The position numbers were made by a program, and so were the translations under genes. The notes beneath the pieces were generated by a model. That model made no database searches. It was not told the DNA's origin and saw only the letters and a program-made list of their open reading frames with translations. DNA of 63,809 bases, counting the filler, from Dicyema japonicum (taxonomy: Eukaryota; Animalia; Dicyemida): assembly GCA_011109175.1 (NCBI GenBank). It is 6 parts of 6 records of this genome, joined end to end, with 100 filler letters (N's around TTAATTAATTAA, not from the genome) between each part and the next. Parts side by side here need not be neighbours in the genome. Positions count along the whole stretch, not along the records: positions 1 to 14,002 come from RDEW01000109.1; 5 more parts are not named here. One strand, 5' to 3'. The stretch's first letter is position 1, and each line of letters opens with the position of its first letter. Shown in pieces: positions 1 to 14,002 of the stretch.

Positions 1-1282
1 AACTTCGCTTCGACCTAATTAAATATTCCCAAGAAATTAACTGTAGAATGATAGAACGCTCCAAGATTCATGTATTCTAATACTTCTTTTCGACCTAATT
101 TAATAATCTCTAGAAATTAACTAAGAATAATAGACCACTCCATGATTCATGTATTCTGTAACGTCAAGTCGACCTATTTTAGATTTCCCAAGAACTTAAC
201 TGAAGAATAATTAACTGTTTCAAGATTTATGTATTTTGTAATTTCTTTTGTACCTATTTTAGTTTTCACGAAATTAATTAAAGAATAAGTAACTGATTCA
301 AGATTTATGTTTTCTGTACCTTCGATTCGACCTATTTTAGTTTTTCACGGAATTAACTGAAAAATAAAAGATCGCTTCAAGATTCATGTTTTTTTTAACT
401 TCGATTCGAGCTACTTAGTTTTCCCAAAGAATAAAGTGAAGAATAAAAGATCGCTTCAAGATTCATGTTTTCTGTAACTTCGATTCGAGCTACTTAGTTT
501 TCCCAAAGAATAAAGTGAAGAATAAAAGACCGCTTCAATATTCATGTATTCTGTAACTCGATTCGACCTATTTTAGTTATCTCTATAAATTTACTAAGAA
601 TAATAGATTGCTTTAAGATTCATGTATTCTGTAACATGGATTCGTCCTATTTTAGTTTCCTAAGAAATAAACGAAAGAATAAAAGACCGCTTCAAGATTC
701 ATGTATTCTTAAATTCGTTTCGACCTATTTTAGTTATTCCAAAAAATTTACTAAGAATAATAGACCGCTCCAAGATTCATGTATTCTGTAACTTTGATTC
801 GACCTATTTTTCTTTCCAAGGAATTAACTGAACAATAAAAGATCGCTTCAAGATTTATGTCTTCTGTTACTTCGAATCGACCTATTTTTGTTATCCTAGA
901 AATTATCTGAAGATTAATAAACCGCTCCATTTTCATGTATTCTGTATTTTCGATTCGACCTTTTTAGTTATTCCAAGGAATTAACTGAAAAATAAAAGAT
1001 CGCTTCAAGATTTATGTCTTCTGTTACTTCGAATCGACCTATTTATTTTTCCACAGAAATTAACTCAAAAATAATAGACCGCTCCAAAATTCATGTTTCT
1101 AAAATTTTTTTGACGTATTTTTGTTATCCCAAAAAATTAACTGAAGAATAAAAGACCGCTTCAAGATTCATGTTTTCTGTAACTTCGATTCGAGCTATTT
1201 TAGTTATCCCAAGAAAATAACTAAAGAATAATAGGCCGCTCAAAGATTCATGTTTTCTGTAATTTCGTTTCGACCTATTTTA
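1..1282. repeat. Diverged tandem satellite, ~79-80 bp unit, ~16 copies (runs off window start)
   Basis: Unit like AACTTCGATTCGACCTATTTTAGTTTTCCCAAGAAATTAACTGAAGAATAAAAGACCGCTTCAAGATTCATGTATTCTGT recurs at ~1, 80, 160, 240, 318, 397, 476 onward; variable unit length and frequent stops argue against coding. Confidence 0.92.
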
Positions 1283-2440
1283 GCCGCCTACGTTAATGGA
1301 TAACTGGTTGAACTACTCAACTCTATGTATATAAAAAAGAATACCCCGCTCTTGGATCCGGACTATTAATACCAATACAAAATCGATGGGCCTGTTGAAA
1401 ACCTATGTCCAATAATCCTGCTAAACTTTTTACGGAAACTTCTGGCATTAGTTACGTTGAACCAAATCAGAGAACAATGGACAACTATCTATTTCCTAGT
1501 CACAGTAGATTCAGGACAAAAAGATCCACTGCGGATGTAATATGAGCAACAAGTGGTGCTGCGCTATCAACCAGAAATTTGAAAGTACAACAACAGTACT
1601 GGGAATAGACTTCTCTAGGGCTTTTGACACGGTCTGTCGTGGTCTACTTCTCAGGATACTGAAACAATTCTTGGACCCTGATTCTGTCAGTATGATCAGA
1701 GTGTCGCTAGCTAGCACGAAGCTCAGAGTGCGGGTCGGTAAGACGTTTTCCCGTGAATTTACGTGCAATGTTGGTACTCATTACAAGATCTTCAGTTCTA
1801 TGATGGCAGCATCTTCGAAATTGCTTACACAGACGACGTCGCCTTTGTGTCAGGAGACAAATCGGCCCTACTTCGAATCCTCGAGATTGCACCTGCTGAG
1901 CTGCACCGATGATTCCTTGGAATGAACACCCAAAAAACCGATATTGTGGAAATATGGAGAATGAATAGCAGATCAAGTGAAACATGCCGAAAAACGAACA
2001 AACTTGGCTCTTTACCTGGAGACAATCAAAATATTGTCATAAGGAAGGCCCTCGCTTGGGTAAAGATGAACAAATTGAAGAAAGAGATGATTGGCAAACG
2101 ACGATCCTGCACATCACTTCGTTTGAGATTGTATGAATCCTTTGTCAAGCCGATCCTAATATACAATTCATCGACCTGAGGGACGTCAAAAACCGAACAA
2201 CTTGGAGTAGACTCTTTCCATTGTAGACAACTTAGATCCTTACTATGACTGAAATGGCCAGCAAGAATAAACAAAGAATCACTATATAAGAGTTTTACGG
2301 GTCCACTGAGTCTCGAAATTGTTGACATGCGGTTGTGGCTATTTTGACATATCTTAAGTATGGACTTGGGTGCTTTAGCCAACATAGCAATGGAGGATTA
2401 CTTTATGAGACAGGGACCGTGTTTTCGTGGAAGCTGGCGT
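1283..2440 (+). mobile_element. Degenerate RTE-like non-LTR retrotransposon (RT and C-terminal region)
   Basis: GIDFSRAFDTV, LRLRLYESFVKPILIYNSST and KWPARI motifs, broken by stops and frameshifts; homologous to 45540-46290. Confidence 0.8.
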
Positions 2441-2799
2441 ATTACAAAACTTTTTTTGCGTTCCCTCCTTGGATTAATTACCAATGACTATTTTTGCTAA
2501 GGCTTACCAAAAATTGTACACTTGTGGCTAACAAATAATAAAATAAATAACTCTGTCAGTATTCATCTATATACGACGATTGACCATAAAATTGGCCAGT
2601 TTTCTTTAATGCTGAGGACAGTATTCGTCTCTATCTTAAACACAAGAGTAATGGTTGCATGTAATTGTGTTTCTTTTAACTGATAAAGTAGCTTATAATC
2701 TGGTGATAATGCCCTTGAATTCTTTTTTCTTTATCGTCATTATTATGATTGATTACTACAAAGTGATGTTCTTTCGCTAATTTCTTATATCTTGACAGC

Positions 2800-4130
2800 A
2801 TGGCTCTGCAATTTGTAATGAGTGATAGAAGTAAGAGAATATTTTCTGAAGATGGATACATTTACTGTTTTGAAAAATTTAATGGCGAAGCCACATTCTG
2901 GAAATGTGAATCCTACTATAAAATTAATTTTAATTCGAGAGTACATACCAAGGGAGACATCATTATCAAAAGAGTCAACAAACACAATCATGTTGGTGAT
3001 TCTGCATAGTTGAATCAAAGATAATTACTCAAGAAATAAAAAGAGGAGCTCTTGCATCACAAGATAATCCACATATTATTGCAACTGAATTGTGTGTGGG
3101 TTTGACACTGGAGGTGTCTGCCCGACTACCCATAGCTTCTTTAATTAAAAGAAACACTAGAAATTCAAAAAATATAAAAGATCAAGCTCCTCCTAATCCA
3201 TTAACATAGACCAGTTGATAATACTTCCAGAATACAGATACTCTATGCCAATGAACTTTTTNNNNNNNNNNNNNNNNNNNNNNNNNNNNNNNNNNNNNNN
3301 NNNNNNNNNNNNNNNNNNNNNNNNNNNNNNNNNNNNNNNNNNNNNNNNNNNNNNNNNNNNNNNNNNNNNNNNNNNNNNNNNNNNNNNNNTAGAGAATATT
3401 TTCTGAAGATGGATACATTTACTGTTTTGAAAAATTTAATGGCGAAGCCACATTCTGGAAATGTGAATCCTACTATAAAATTAATTTTAATTCGAGAGTA
3501 CATACCAAGGGAGACATCATTATCAAAAGAGTCAACAAACACAATCATGTTGGTGATTCTGCATAGTTGAATCAAAGATAATTACTCAAGAAATAAAAAG
3601 AGGAGCTCTTGCATCACAAGATAATCCACATATTATTGCAACTAAATTGTGTGTGGGTTTGACACTGGAGGTGTCTGCCCGACTACTCATAGCTTCTTTA
3701 ATAAAAAGATACACTAGAAATTCAAAAAATATAAAAGATCAAACTCCTCCTAATCCATTAACATAGACCAGTTGATAATACTTCCAGAATACAGATACTC
3801 TATGCCAATGAACTTTTTTACTGTTTGATAGTGAAGACAGTGTTAGCAGAACAATAATTTTTACAACGAAAAAAATCTGAATTTGCTTTCTACTTCAAAT
3901 TTTTTTCAAACTTTTTTTCCAGAAGAAGCTCAAACATGTACCCGTTGTTGTCCACGTTTTGCCCATGAATCGTGGAATTGTTTTGAAGCAGCGAGAGTTG
4001 CTGGGCCTAAAACAAATAACTTTTGCGAAGGATGGCATCATTCTTTTAATTCTTTAATTGGAGCGTGTCATCCTACGATTTGAAAGTTTATTTATGTTTT
4101 GAAAAAAGAACAAGCAAGAAATGAAATTTC
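2800..4130 (+). mobile_element. Mutator-like (MULE) transposase remnant with FLYWCH-type zinc finger; partly duplicated across the N gap
   Basis: DGYIY...FWKC...RVHT...KHNH (FLYWCH-like) and TNNFCEGWHHSFNSLIGACHPTI (MULE C-terminal motif); premature stops. Confidence 0.7.
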
Positions 4131-4900
4131 TGAAATTTCAGCCATAGCTTGATGTTCGTATGTAAGTTGGAATTAAAAATCTTTTGCGTTAGGAGTTTCC
4201 TCGGAACAGAATCAAAGGCCTTCTGTACATCGATGGATACTAAGGTCCGTAAGTGTGTTCTCATGTTGAAGCCGTCAGTAATAAACTGGAAGATAGAACC
4301 AAAATGAGTTGTTGTAGAACGGTCTGCCCTGAAGCCATGTTGAAATTCTGGTATTTGAGAACAGGAGAGATACGCATTAATACAAGCTTTTCCACCCCTT
4401 ATGATAAAACACAAGTTATTGAGACGGGGCGGTAAGAGAGGGAACGTCTTTTGGTTTTCCATGCTTTAGAATTGGTGTAATAAAGAAGTTCTTCCATATA
4501 TTATGTAGCGTATAGTAGTTGATAGAGTCGTTGTACAGTCTTGATAGTATGGCCCGTGCCTGAGGTCCAAGGTGTATGAGATGAATAGTGCAAATACCGT
4601 CGGGACCACAAGCGCGAGTGGGACGTAGCAATTGAATAGGCTTGTCAACATCATGGGGGGTGAAGAAGTGGAATACGGTTCTTGTTGCGGCCCGCGCCGT
4701 CCACATGAGTAGAGCGAGAAAAATCTTTATGGCTGATCGATACGTAGTACTTCATAAGCTTGTTTGCAAGTTTGCGAGCGGGTTCCGAAGCGATGCGGGT
4801 AACGCCCTCAGTACCGCTATCCTCCTCATTGATAAGGCTATTGATCCTTCTTAGCGTTTTTCAAAATGCGGCGCAAGAGTTTTTGTGACATAGTCGTAGG
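4128..4900 (-). mobile_element. Non-LTR RT fragment (Jockey/I-like group), N-terminal part of RT
   Basis: GPDGI, ITPILKHGK, FQHGFRADRST, IDVQKAFDSVP; overlaps in sequence with the 11281-12262 family. Confidence 0.8.
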
Positions 4901-5145
4901 TAATGTCTGATTAGTTGAAAAAAAAGGTTAATCACCACAAGAATTAATTATATTAATAATAAAATTAACAGTGATTTAGTAATCTGATTTTAAAATACTG
5001 GTTTGTCATACTAAAATTATACTTTTGGATCATAAAATGGGATATATCGATGGGTGATCATTCTGTTGGATTAAAAGGACTAATAATCGAGTTATGATGC
5101 CAAAAATCAATAATTTAAAATAATGTGCAAAACCTTGCCCAAACC

Positions 5146-5772
5146 TAGGGATTCTTTTGGACGACGAATCTTTGAGGATTGGAATCGGACAAAAGCTAGG
5201 ATTAGACATTTGCCAGGAGCACCGATGCCGATGCGGGAAAATAATCTATGCGAAGGGATACACCCGCTGTCCTGCAGAAGAAGCGCCGGAAGAGGACCAC
5301 GTCACGCTGCTCTGAACAATGTGATCGTCAGAGTTCTGAAGGCTACAGGCTTCCCGCACAGCTTGAACCAGTGGGATTCGATCAAGGAGATGGAAAGAGA
5401 CCTGATGGGATGACCCTTTTCCCTTACACATCCGGAAGATCTTTGCTCTGGGATGCAACTTTTGTTGACACATATTCAAGAACGAACCACTACAAATCGG
5501 TTCAGACATTTGGAGCAGCTGCTTCAACCGCGGAAAACCTAAAAATCAAAAAATATTTTTGCCTCGGGGACCGGTACCGATTTACTGTTGTTGCGGTAGA
5601 GACATCAGGAGCCGTTGGTCCAATGACGGCTGAGTTCTTGCGCGAAATCGGAGGAATGTTCGTCAGAAAGAAAAGGGATCAACGAGAAGGGTTTTTGCTG
5701 AGACAAAAGATTGGAATGGCCATACTCCGAAGGAAATCGTTTGCGATCCACGCAGCCGGCTTCCTCAACTAA
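5146..5772 (+). mobile_element. CRE-clade non-LTR retrotransposon 3' end (zinc finger plus restriction-like endonuclease)
   Basis: HPLSCRRSAGRGPRH, LEPVG...DGKRPDG...WDATFVD...VETSG...LRQKIGMAILR. Confidence 0.8.
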
Positions 5773-8049
5773 AATTTGTTTCATTGTTGAATAATTATCT
5801 TTTATAAAAAAATAAACTATAAATGATATTTTCGGAATAAACGAGATCCACGGGAGAAATCAGAAATTTCTGCATCATGCCCAACTTTATCAGAATACCA
5901 GCAAGAGTCTCACTCACAATGAATGTATTACCTGATCCACTACCTATTTTTGAGCTCAGACGTACAAACAGTTTATATTCCTCGATCTCCAATAATAATT
6001 AATTCTAAAATATTTAACAAAACCACGTATTCATTTGCTTCTAATTTTATAAGCTCAACGTAATTATTTGGGAGATAAATTGATTTCTCATTTAATGCTC
6101 ATAATAAATTTTTTCCATTCAGATCTGTTTTGAAAATTAGACCTGTTATTTTAGCATTTTTCTATTATTGAATAATTAGTTTCATTTACAACGTGTAACT
6201 TTGACATTTCCAATATACCGAAGTGGTTTATGCTTTGTATTCCCTAAGCACTCTTACTAAATCACCACATACTATATCAGTAGTGGAAGGCTATAACTTA
6301 TATCATATAAGATTTTTATGAAACCAAATAGCATTTACTTTGTGATGGTTCTGAATAAGTAATCCAATAGAGACTATTTACATTTATATAATAAATATTT
6401 AATTTTNATTAAATTTTTTCCATTCAGATCTGTTTTGAAAATTAGACCTGTTATTTTAGCATTTTTCTATTATTGAATAATTAGTTTCATTTACAACTTG
6501 TTACTTTGACATTTCCAATATACCGAGGTGGTTTATGCTTTGTATTCCCTAAGCACTCTTACTAAATCACCACATACTATATCAGTAGTGGAAGGCTATA
6601 ACTTATATCATATAAGATTTTTATGAAACCAAATAGCATTTACTTTGTGATGGTTCTGAATAAGTAATCCAATAGAGACTATTTACATTTATATAATAAA
6701 TATTTAATTTTATAGAATCATGTGCACTCTCGTATGCTTGTGGGATCACGCGCAGTCTCTTAACAATGATTTGAGATATCTAGGTAATTTTCGAAATATA
6801 AAATTGTGTTAATTAATTCAGAATATTCAACTAAGCATCAAATTTCCTTATTGTCAACCTTAATTAAAATAGTCCTTCCAATAAGAAGTAGGTAATATTT
6901 CCATTACTTGAACCATCAATTGAATGGAAATAATATTATTATCATTATTAACCCCAGATACACCGAGAAAGAAGTTAAAGTAAACAACTAATTAAGTGTA
7001 TCCAGTTTCCACTTCCACAGAAACAGAGTCCTTCCGGAATCAACATAAAGGGTAAAAGACTCTATATTTGCAGTTGTGGCAACCCCTCCAGTGGAGTGGG
7101 GGAGAGCAAATGATCCTTTTTCGTGCCGGCTTGATACTGGGCGCCANNNNNNNNNNNNNNNNNNNNNNNNNNNNNNNNNNNNNNNNNNNNNNNNNNNNNN
7201 NNNNNNNNNNNNNNNNNNNNNNNNNNNNNNNNNNNNNNNNNNNNNNNNNNNNNNNNNNNNNNNNNNNNNNNNNNNNNNNNNNNNNNNNNNNNNNNNNNNN
7301 NNNNNNNNNNNNNNNNNNNNNNNNNNNNNNNNNNNNNNNNNNNNNNNNNNNNNNNNNNNNNNNNNNNNNNNNNNNNNNNNNNNNNNNNNNNNNNNNNNNN
7401 NNNNNNNNNNNNNNNNNNNNNNNNNNNNNNNNNNNNNNNNNNNNNNNNNNNNNNNNNNNNNNNNNNNNNNNNNNNNNNNNNNNNNNNNNNNNNNNNNNNN
7501 NNNNNNNNNNNNNNNNNNNNNNNNNNNNNNNNNNNNNNNNNNNNNNNNNNNNNNNNNNNNNNNNNNNNNNNNNNNNNNNNNNNNNNNNNNNNNNNNNNNN
7601 NNNNNNNNNNNNNNNNNNNNNNNNNNNNNNNNNNNNNNNNNNNNNNNNNNNNNNNNNNNNNNNNNNNNNNNNNNNNNNNNNNNNNNNNNNNNNNNNNNNN
7701 NNNNNNAAAAAAAAAAAAAAAAATTTAAATTGTTAGTCACACATGATTTCTAAGAAATTTTTTTATATAAATGTCCTAGTAGTCCTCGTCAAACTCATTT
7801 ATAAGATTCATCGATTTTATTTGAATCCAGGAAAATGTAAAATTGCACAAAAACGTGCTTTGAGATTATAGATGAGACATTACAAGATATTAGGAAACTG
7901 ATAAGCTGTTGGGAAAGTTATATTGGAAAAATATTTTTCTAATTTATGTGTCAGCGCGTTGTCGTGTCAGCGCATTGTCGACGCTATGGACGGTAAAATA
8001 TGAATTAATTAATAGGTTTATAAATCAAATCCGTAAATTGATGTAATAA

Positions 8050-9000
8050 TTCTAATGTACAATTCCGTTATCTTTACAGCATTGTTTTATTACACTACTA
8101 TGATAAGGAAATGTAACGATCAAAGACTCGTTGGTAACAGAGTGTAATATTTAAAATCATTTATTATCACAGATATTGGATTAACTGTCAATTAGACAGT
8201 AATCCTGAACTTATCTACGATTCAGAGATATCACTTTATGCAGGAAACATTACTCTACTTAGCGGAGATATTCTATCATTTGAGAGAATGAATCTTCTTG
8301 ATTTGTATTNATTAACTGTCAATTTGGCAATAATCCTGAACTTTCTACGATTCAGAGATAACACTTTATGCAGGAAACATTACTCTACTTATCGGAGATA
8401 TTCTATCATTTAAAAGAATGAATCTTAAATATTTGTATTATAATAAAAATCATTTATAGTCACTGCGTGGAAGATCGTAATATTACAACTATTCATTCAA
8501 ATTTTTCACCTATTACAATTATAGGATTGTATTATATATTTTAATTTGATAGAGATTTCATAACTTGTTACGCACTTATATTTATAGATATCGATTTTGC
8601 AGTAACCCTGATAAATCTCCGATCTGTGTAAGTTATGTTATTAATTTATAGTAATTTTCCTACTGATTCGATTATACAATCTTTTAGGCTAGCTGTTTCT
8701 AATAATGTTCGATTAAGAGGGTATTTTCAATATTAAATTAGTATTCTTGCATTGATCCATTTAACAAAACACGAGCGTTTAGAATTATATTTAATTTAGA
8801 TATAAATCTGAGATTAAACATATATTTATAAATAATGATGGAATGTATTTGTTTGATATTAATATAATTAGAGCATACAACAAATCAACATATCGAATAT
8901 GTAATTATAAATATTATTTCAGTCTGTAGTGCAATAAGGAACCCAAACAACGTCCTTGGCATGTGTGGCAAGCGTAATAAATTAATGCTAACATGACTAT
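8050..9000 (+). pseudogene. Damaged copy of a micro-intron-rich LRR gene family (see 41766-42640)
   Basis: Same exon order as the 42-kb copy (YWINC exon, ~72-75 nt exons, terminal CSAIRNPNNVLGMCG), with short AT-rich GT-AG introns; frameshifts present. Confidence 0.5.
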
Positions 9001-10559
9001 GGAATATAACGATTTTGGTTAGAAATAAAAATTAGTTAATTTATTCAATTTAAAATTATACAAAGACCAAGGGTAACCAAACTAACAAAGTCCTTGATCC
9101 TCACTCGTTCCAGCGTCCCAGAACTTATTTCCACGTAAAGAAATTCTCTTACGAAGAAAAAATAGTTGAATCCTCTTTATGTCCGCCAAGCATTAGGCGT
9201 CTTCTCAGTAAGGTCGATTCAATGACGCCGTCGGAGAGAAGAAAAATTTTTTTTACCAACTAGCCACATAGCACCAAACAGCGTCACGAGGCCAACACAT
9301 TTATTTATTCAATTTTATTGAATAATATATTAATTCTATTCCTTATTGGTTTTAAATATAAAAAAATGATTTACAGAACCAGTTACAATGACAACAAAGG
9401 ATAATAGGTAGGCATAGGGAGGTTTAAATAATGATTATAAGATCTTGAGTTATTTCAGGTGCATCATCATTAATATTTCAAAATGGTTTGATCTTAATAA
9501 TAAATTATTGACAAGTGACCCAATTATGTAGTTTATCGAAGAGGTGGTGAAAAAAATGGAAATTTATGTTTAAAGGAATTAAAAACTCGAATAAAAGCTA
9601 TTTTGCGCTGCAATGTTTTTGTTATCTGCCAATCCCGACAAGAGGATGTCAAAAGCCAATTTACTGCTCACATAAACTAGCTTATGCACTCTTATAACGT
9701 TTTCCACTTATTAATCATAAAGCAAGGATTCATTTGCAAGATAGAAATTTCATTCGATGTTCCAGACCGATGTCTCTGGATAAAAATATTAAAGTTGAGG
9801 CATAAAATGTTGTTCCGTGGGTCCTCAAGAATAGCAAACTGAATTTTAGGCGAAAGGATGAAGTTTCATCCAATCTCGGTCGAAATCACAAATTTTAGAG
9901 AATGGATTTTGAGGTAACAGTTAAAGTGACCAGGAAAAATTTTTCATCTTTAACGCTCCTCGATTCCGTGACGACCTGCCTCCAGCCTTTCTTGGAGACC
10001 TCTAAACGATTGTGAGACGCCTAAGAGTGGGATAGGATCCCGATAGACTACTAGATTGTCTTGGATTAGTTAACATGACTGCTGTTACTTTTTAACTAAA
10101 GTGTGAGTTCTGTCTAGCTGAGGTTTAACTAATAGAAACATTACTAATCTATTTTCTTGGATGCCCACTCGAGAATGCAGAATTATGGAAACACTTTCAG
10201 TCCAAAGATATATTCTATACTCCCACAAATCTTTTTTCCTCATGAGGAGAAGCTTATGTTTGCCGAAATTGGATACTTCTGCGGAGATCCCAGTCCATCG
10301 GCCATCGAGATTTGCTACCGAGCCTGGATCAGACGTTAAAGCAAACAGTCGAGTCACTACTTTGCTACTGAGCCTGGATCAATCTTTTTTAATGTAATAA
10401 AATGGCATTGTTGAGAATTCATTTTACGCAGAGTCTTGGTTGTCAGTTATTTAAGTATTTTTAATGGATGAGAAGATAAATATAAATATTATTTGCTGGG
10501 TCATTTTTTGAAATTTAGTATTATTTTGAATAAAATATTTTTTTTAAAAGAAACAAATG

Positions 10560-10945
10560 TCAGTTGAGGAAGCCTGCTGCGTGGATTGCGAACGAGTTTT
10601 CTCGGAGTATGGCCATTCTAATCTTTTGTCTCAACCATAACCCTTCTCGTTGATCCCTTTTCTTTCTGGCAAGCATTCCTCTGAGTACTTGCAAGAACTC
10701 AGCCGTTATTGGACCAACGGCTCTTGATGATTCGGTCGCAACAGGAGTACATCGGTAGCGGTCCTCGAGGCAAGAATATTTTTTGATTTTTAGGTTCTCC
10801 GCAGTCGAAGCATCTGCTCCAGGTGTCTAAACCGATTTGGAAATATTAGTGCTTGAGAACGTGTCTACACAAGTTGCGTCCCAGACCAAAAATCTTCCAG
10901 ACGTGAAGGGGAAAAAATCATCCCGTCAGGTCTCTTTCCATCAGT
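10560..10945 (-). mobile_element. CRE-clade retrotransposon 3' end
   Basis: RPDG, WDATCVD, ENLKIKKY, AAGFLN*; close relative of 5146-5772 and 58405-58665. Confidence 0.8.
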
Positions 10946-11280
10946 TTTAAAAAAATAATAACTTTAAAAATTATTTTATTAAAAAAATTTTTTTGAATAA
11001 ATGTAAAAAATGATATTTTTTCACTTAAAAAAACCTTTGAGTATTTTTCACTTAGTGAGCAGCTTCATTCGATCGCATCCTCGAACGAAGCCTTCGTCCG
11101 ATTGGAGAAAATGAATTCTTCATCTCTTTCATTATTAAAACAAAAAATGTCAACTAAGTGAACCCCCATTAATCCGAATTTTTTGATGAGTCAGCAAAAT
11201 TTTACTAAATTTCCGTACAAACAGGCTTTACTTTTATTATTTAACTTCAAGACCACAAAGAAAGCTAGGCTACTAACTAA

Positions 11281-12262
11281 TTAGGTGATCCCAGCCTCCA
11301 ACAACATCCGAACTCTCTTAGTCTTCTGATGACCCAACCGCATTCCGAAAGCGCCTTCTCTTCCTTCAGCATAGGGATTCAATCGGCGTGCATTATTTAT
11401 AACCGACCGAAATTCCTCTGCATGGGCTACCTTTTCCTTGAATGGGTTTCCCAGTTCCTTGCAAAACGTAAGAAACCCTGGCCAATTCTCCCCGTCGCTT
11501 CCTCTAAGCAGACTGGGGAAGGATATGGAGTCTAATTGTATGTGCCTCATGATCTTCCGTCTGAGACAATCACACGCTCCACCCCCGTAGAAGGAATAGC
11601 GAATCCCCAGGCAGAACAGGCATATTCAATCGTCGGAGCAATAACTTGGATATACTTTGCTGATGCAAGCAGTAGGAGGGGAAAGGCTCTTCTCTACGAT
11701 GGCTTTTAAGACGTTCCATTTTTTAAGCCCCTTGGCTAGCACCTCCGCCGTGTGACTGGCAAACGTCATAAGAGAGTCGAAAGTTACTCCAAGGATCTTC
11801 TGAATTCGTGTATAAGGGATAGGAATGCTTCCGAGGAAAATCTCAAGTCCACCATTAAATCTTCTGTCCGTAGTAAATAGGGTGAACTGAGACTTGGATG
11901 CAGACACAGACACCAAATTCATGGATAGCCAGTCACACACATGGTTGAGGTGTGACTGAACCACCGCCACAGCCCTGGTGGGAGATTTGTCCCTTGCAGC
12001 GATAATCAAGTCGTCCGCATAAGATAAAAACATGGTGTCCTGATCATTGATAGTAGGTAAATCGTGTAGAAATAAGTTAAATAAGAGAGGAGACAGAGGG
12101 GAGCCTTGCGGGACCCCATTGGGGAGTAGTCTTGATTTTGAAGTGGTTCTGTCAATCCGGACCCTTCCGCGTCGCCTAGTTAAGAAATTTTCCAGCCATC
12201 CCTTGATGTTCGTGTGTAAGTTGGAATTAAAAATCTTTTGAGTTATAAGTTTCCTCGGAATA
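11281..12262 (-). mobile_element. Non-LTR RT, C-terminal part and 3' end (Jockey/I-like group)
   Basis: NGVPQGSPLSPLLFN, YADDL, ILGVTFD; ends ...LLEAGIT*. Confidence 0.85.
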
Positions 12263-12289
12263 TCTGTGAAATAAAGATGAACCTTTATT

Positions 12290-13432
12290 AAATTTCGACA
12301 CTTTCAGAATTTCTTGAAAATGGGATAATTATGATAACAACTCAAGACAGTGGTAAACATCATCAACTTGATAATTCACTTATCGAATGGATTTCATGAT
12401 GCATGCTATCAATGGTTTTATAACTGAAGGTATCCTCATATTTAAACAATAAGATCAATTATTAACATCTTTAAAATTAGTCACCTTCTTGCTGTAAATA
12501 TGAAATCTTATTCTGATGAGAAATTATTAAACTGCTATTTCCATTTTTTGTGATGAATGTTGTCCATCAAATATTCAAAATATTGCAAAACGATTACCAT
12601 TAAGTAATGATTCTATTACAAGAAGGATAGAATCTGAGGACCTTACCCGTCAGCTAATCAAGTTCATTATTATTAAAAATATTTTTTTAGAACATCGAAA
12701 GATTTATATATTATTCTTTTGCTGTTGATGCGAGTAAAGATATCTCTGATAACGAACAAATAGTCATATGCACAAGAAGATGTCACTTCGATTTTAAATT
12801 TTATGAAGAATTTTATTTTCTTAGTTCATTAAAAGGTTTTACAAAATGAATTGATGTGCTTAACGAATTCCTTGAAAGTATTAATAATAAAGCCAGCGAT
12901 TCATTGAATAATTACTGCCTTTATCAGTCACCATTGTAGAATTTAAAAACGCTCTAAGGTTTATATAAGTTTATTTTAAGAATTTTGATGAAATTTTGAA
13001 ATTAACGAAAAATTTTTGCAGCACCATTTAACATAAATCCTGAGAATGCTTCACAATCACTCCAATTGGAGTTGATAGACCTTCAATCAGATGTGGAATT
13101 TACCTCAGTTCTCCACATTGGAAATTTGATGGAGTTTTATTGTTTTCCAAAGAAAATATCCTAATGTACTTACTAATGCTTATAAACACGATTCAATGTT
13201 TGGATCGACATATTTATGTGAATTAATTTTTGGCAAAATCACATAATAAATATCGAAATAAATTGACTGATAGTCACCAAGTCAGTTTTGCGATCTACTT
13301 GTGCCTCTTTTATTCCGTATCATGACAAGTTAGTTAACAATTAATTAAATTTTTGAATTAATTTTTTGTGGCTTCGAAGAGACGGGTAAACTATCGATTT
13401 GGCCCCGACGTTAAAAAGCTTGAGAAACCCTG
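12290..13432 (+). mobile_element. hAT (Buster/Charlie/GTF2IRD2-like) transposase remnant with right TIR and a 29-nt intron
   Basis: LPLSNDSITRRI, AVDASKDISDNEQ, LQLELIDLQSD, SMFGSTYLCE; terminus TTGAGAAACCCTG; GT-AG intron at 12662-12690. Confidence 0.75.
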
Positions 13433-13444
13433 GTTTGGAGAGTG

Positions 13445-13790
13445 GTTCCTGAAAATGAACGAACAAAAACCGAATTTATTACAATCAAGAAAACATACCA
13501 ATGTGATATGGAGGAGAGTAAAAAAGGTATGGTCTTTACTTGCTGAACTGGAAGATGTCCAACAAAAATAAATGTCGGCAACATAGCAGTGATGAGACTA
13601 AAACCGACATCACTGAGATATGTGATGTTTCAGGACAAGTAGAAATACGACTATGCAATGCTGTCGTCCTACCCATACTACTCTACAACTCGGGAACTCA
13701 AAAACTCGGACATTTGTTAATAACTTAAATCCTTTTACAGAAGACGAGTAAGGACTTTACTAAGGATCACTATGGTAATCAAACCCGACT
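13445..13790 (+). mobile_element. RTE-like non-LTR fragment
   Basis: WRRVKK, IRLCNAVVLPILLYNSGT. Confidence 0.6.
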
Positions 13791-14002
13791 GGAAGGATAC
13801 AACTTTCTTATTGTGAATGTTCATTATAATAATATGCCACATGGCTCACTACCTACGCATGGACAACTGTTAAATTTTTGTGGTTTCCTATCCGTGAACC
13901 TTCAAGATAGGGTTAGGCTAATTTCATTCTATTAATTTATCAAATCAAACTTCACTTTCAGACTTATAAACAGGTCTGATAAATTTATTAAAATAATTTT
14001 AA

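Noticed and set aside
751-936. ORF with a ~26-aa repeat
   Set aside because: Chance translation of the satellite; the unit length is not frame-preserving.
1-1282. CRISPR-like array
   Set aside because: No unique spacers, the whole unit repeats, the context is eukaryotic and there are no cas genes.
2832-3820. ~430-bp direct repeat of the FLYWCH region
   Set aside because: Near-identical copies flank an N gap; most likely unmerged contig overlap or haplotypes.
6110-6710. ~300-bp tandem duplication (similar cases at ~8180-8440 and 55053-55775)
   Set aside because: The junctions coincide with single ambiguous bases or abrupt joins; probable assembly artefacts.
5810-6940. Possible fourth LRR-family member or other intron-rich gene
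   Set aside because: Only short similarities and intron-like segments; no coherent spliced frame could be built.
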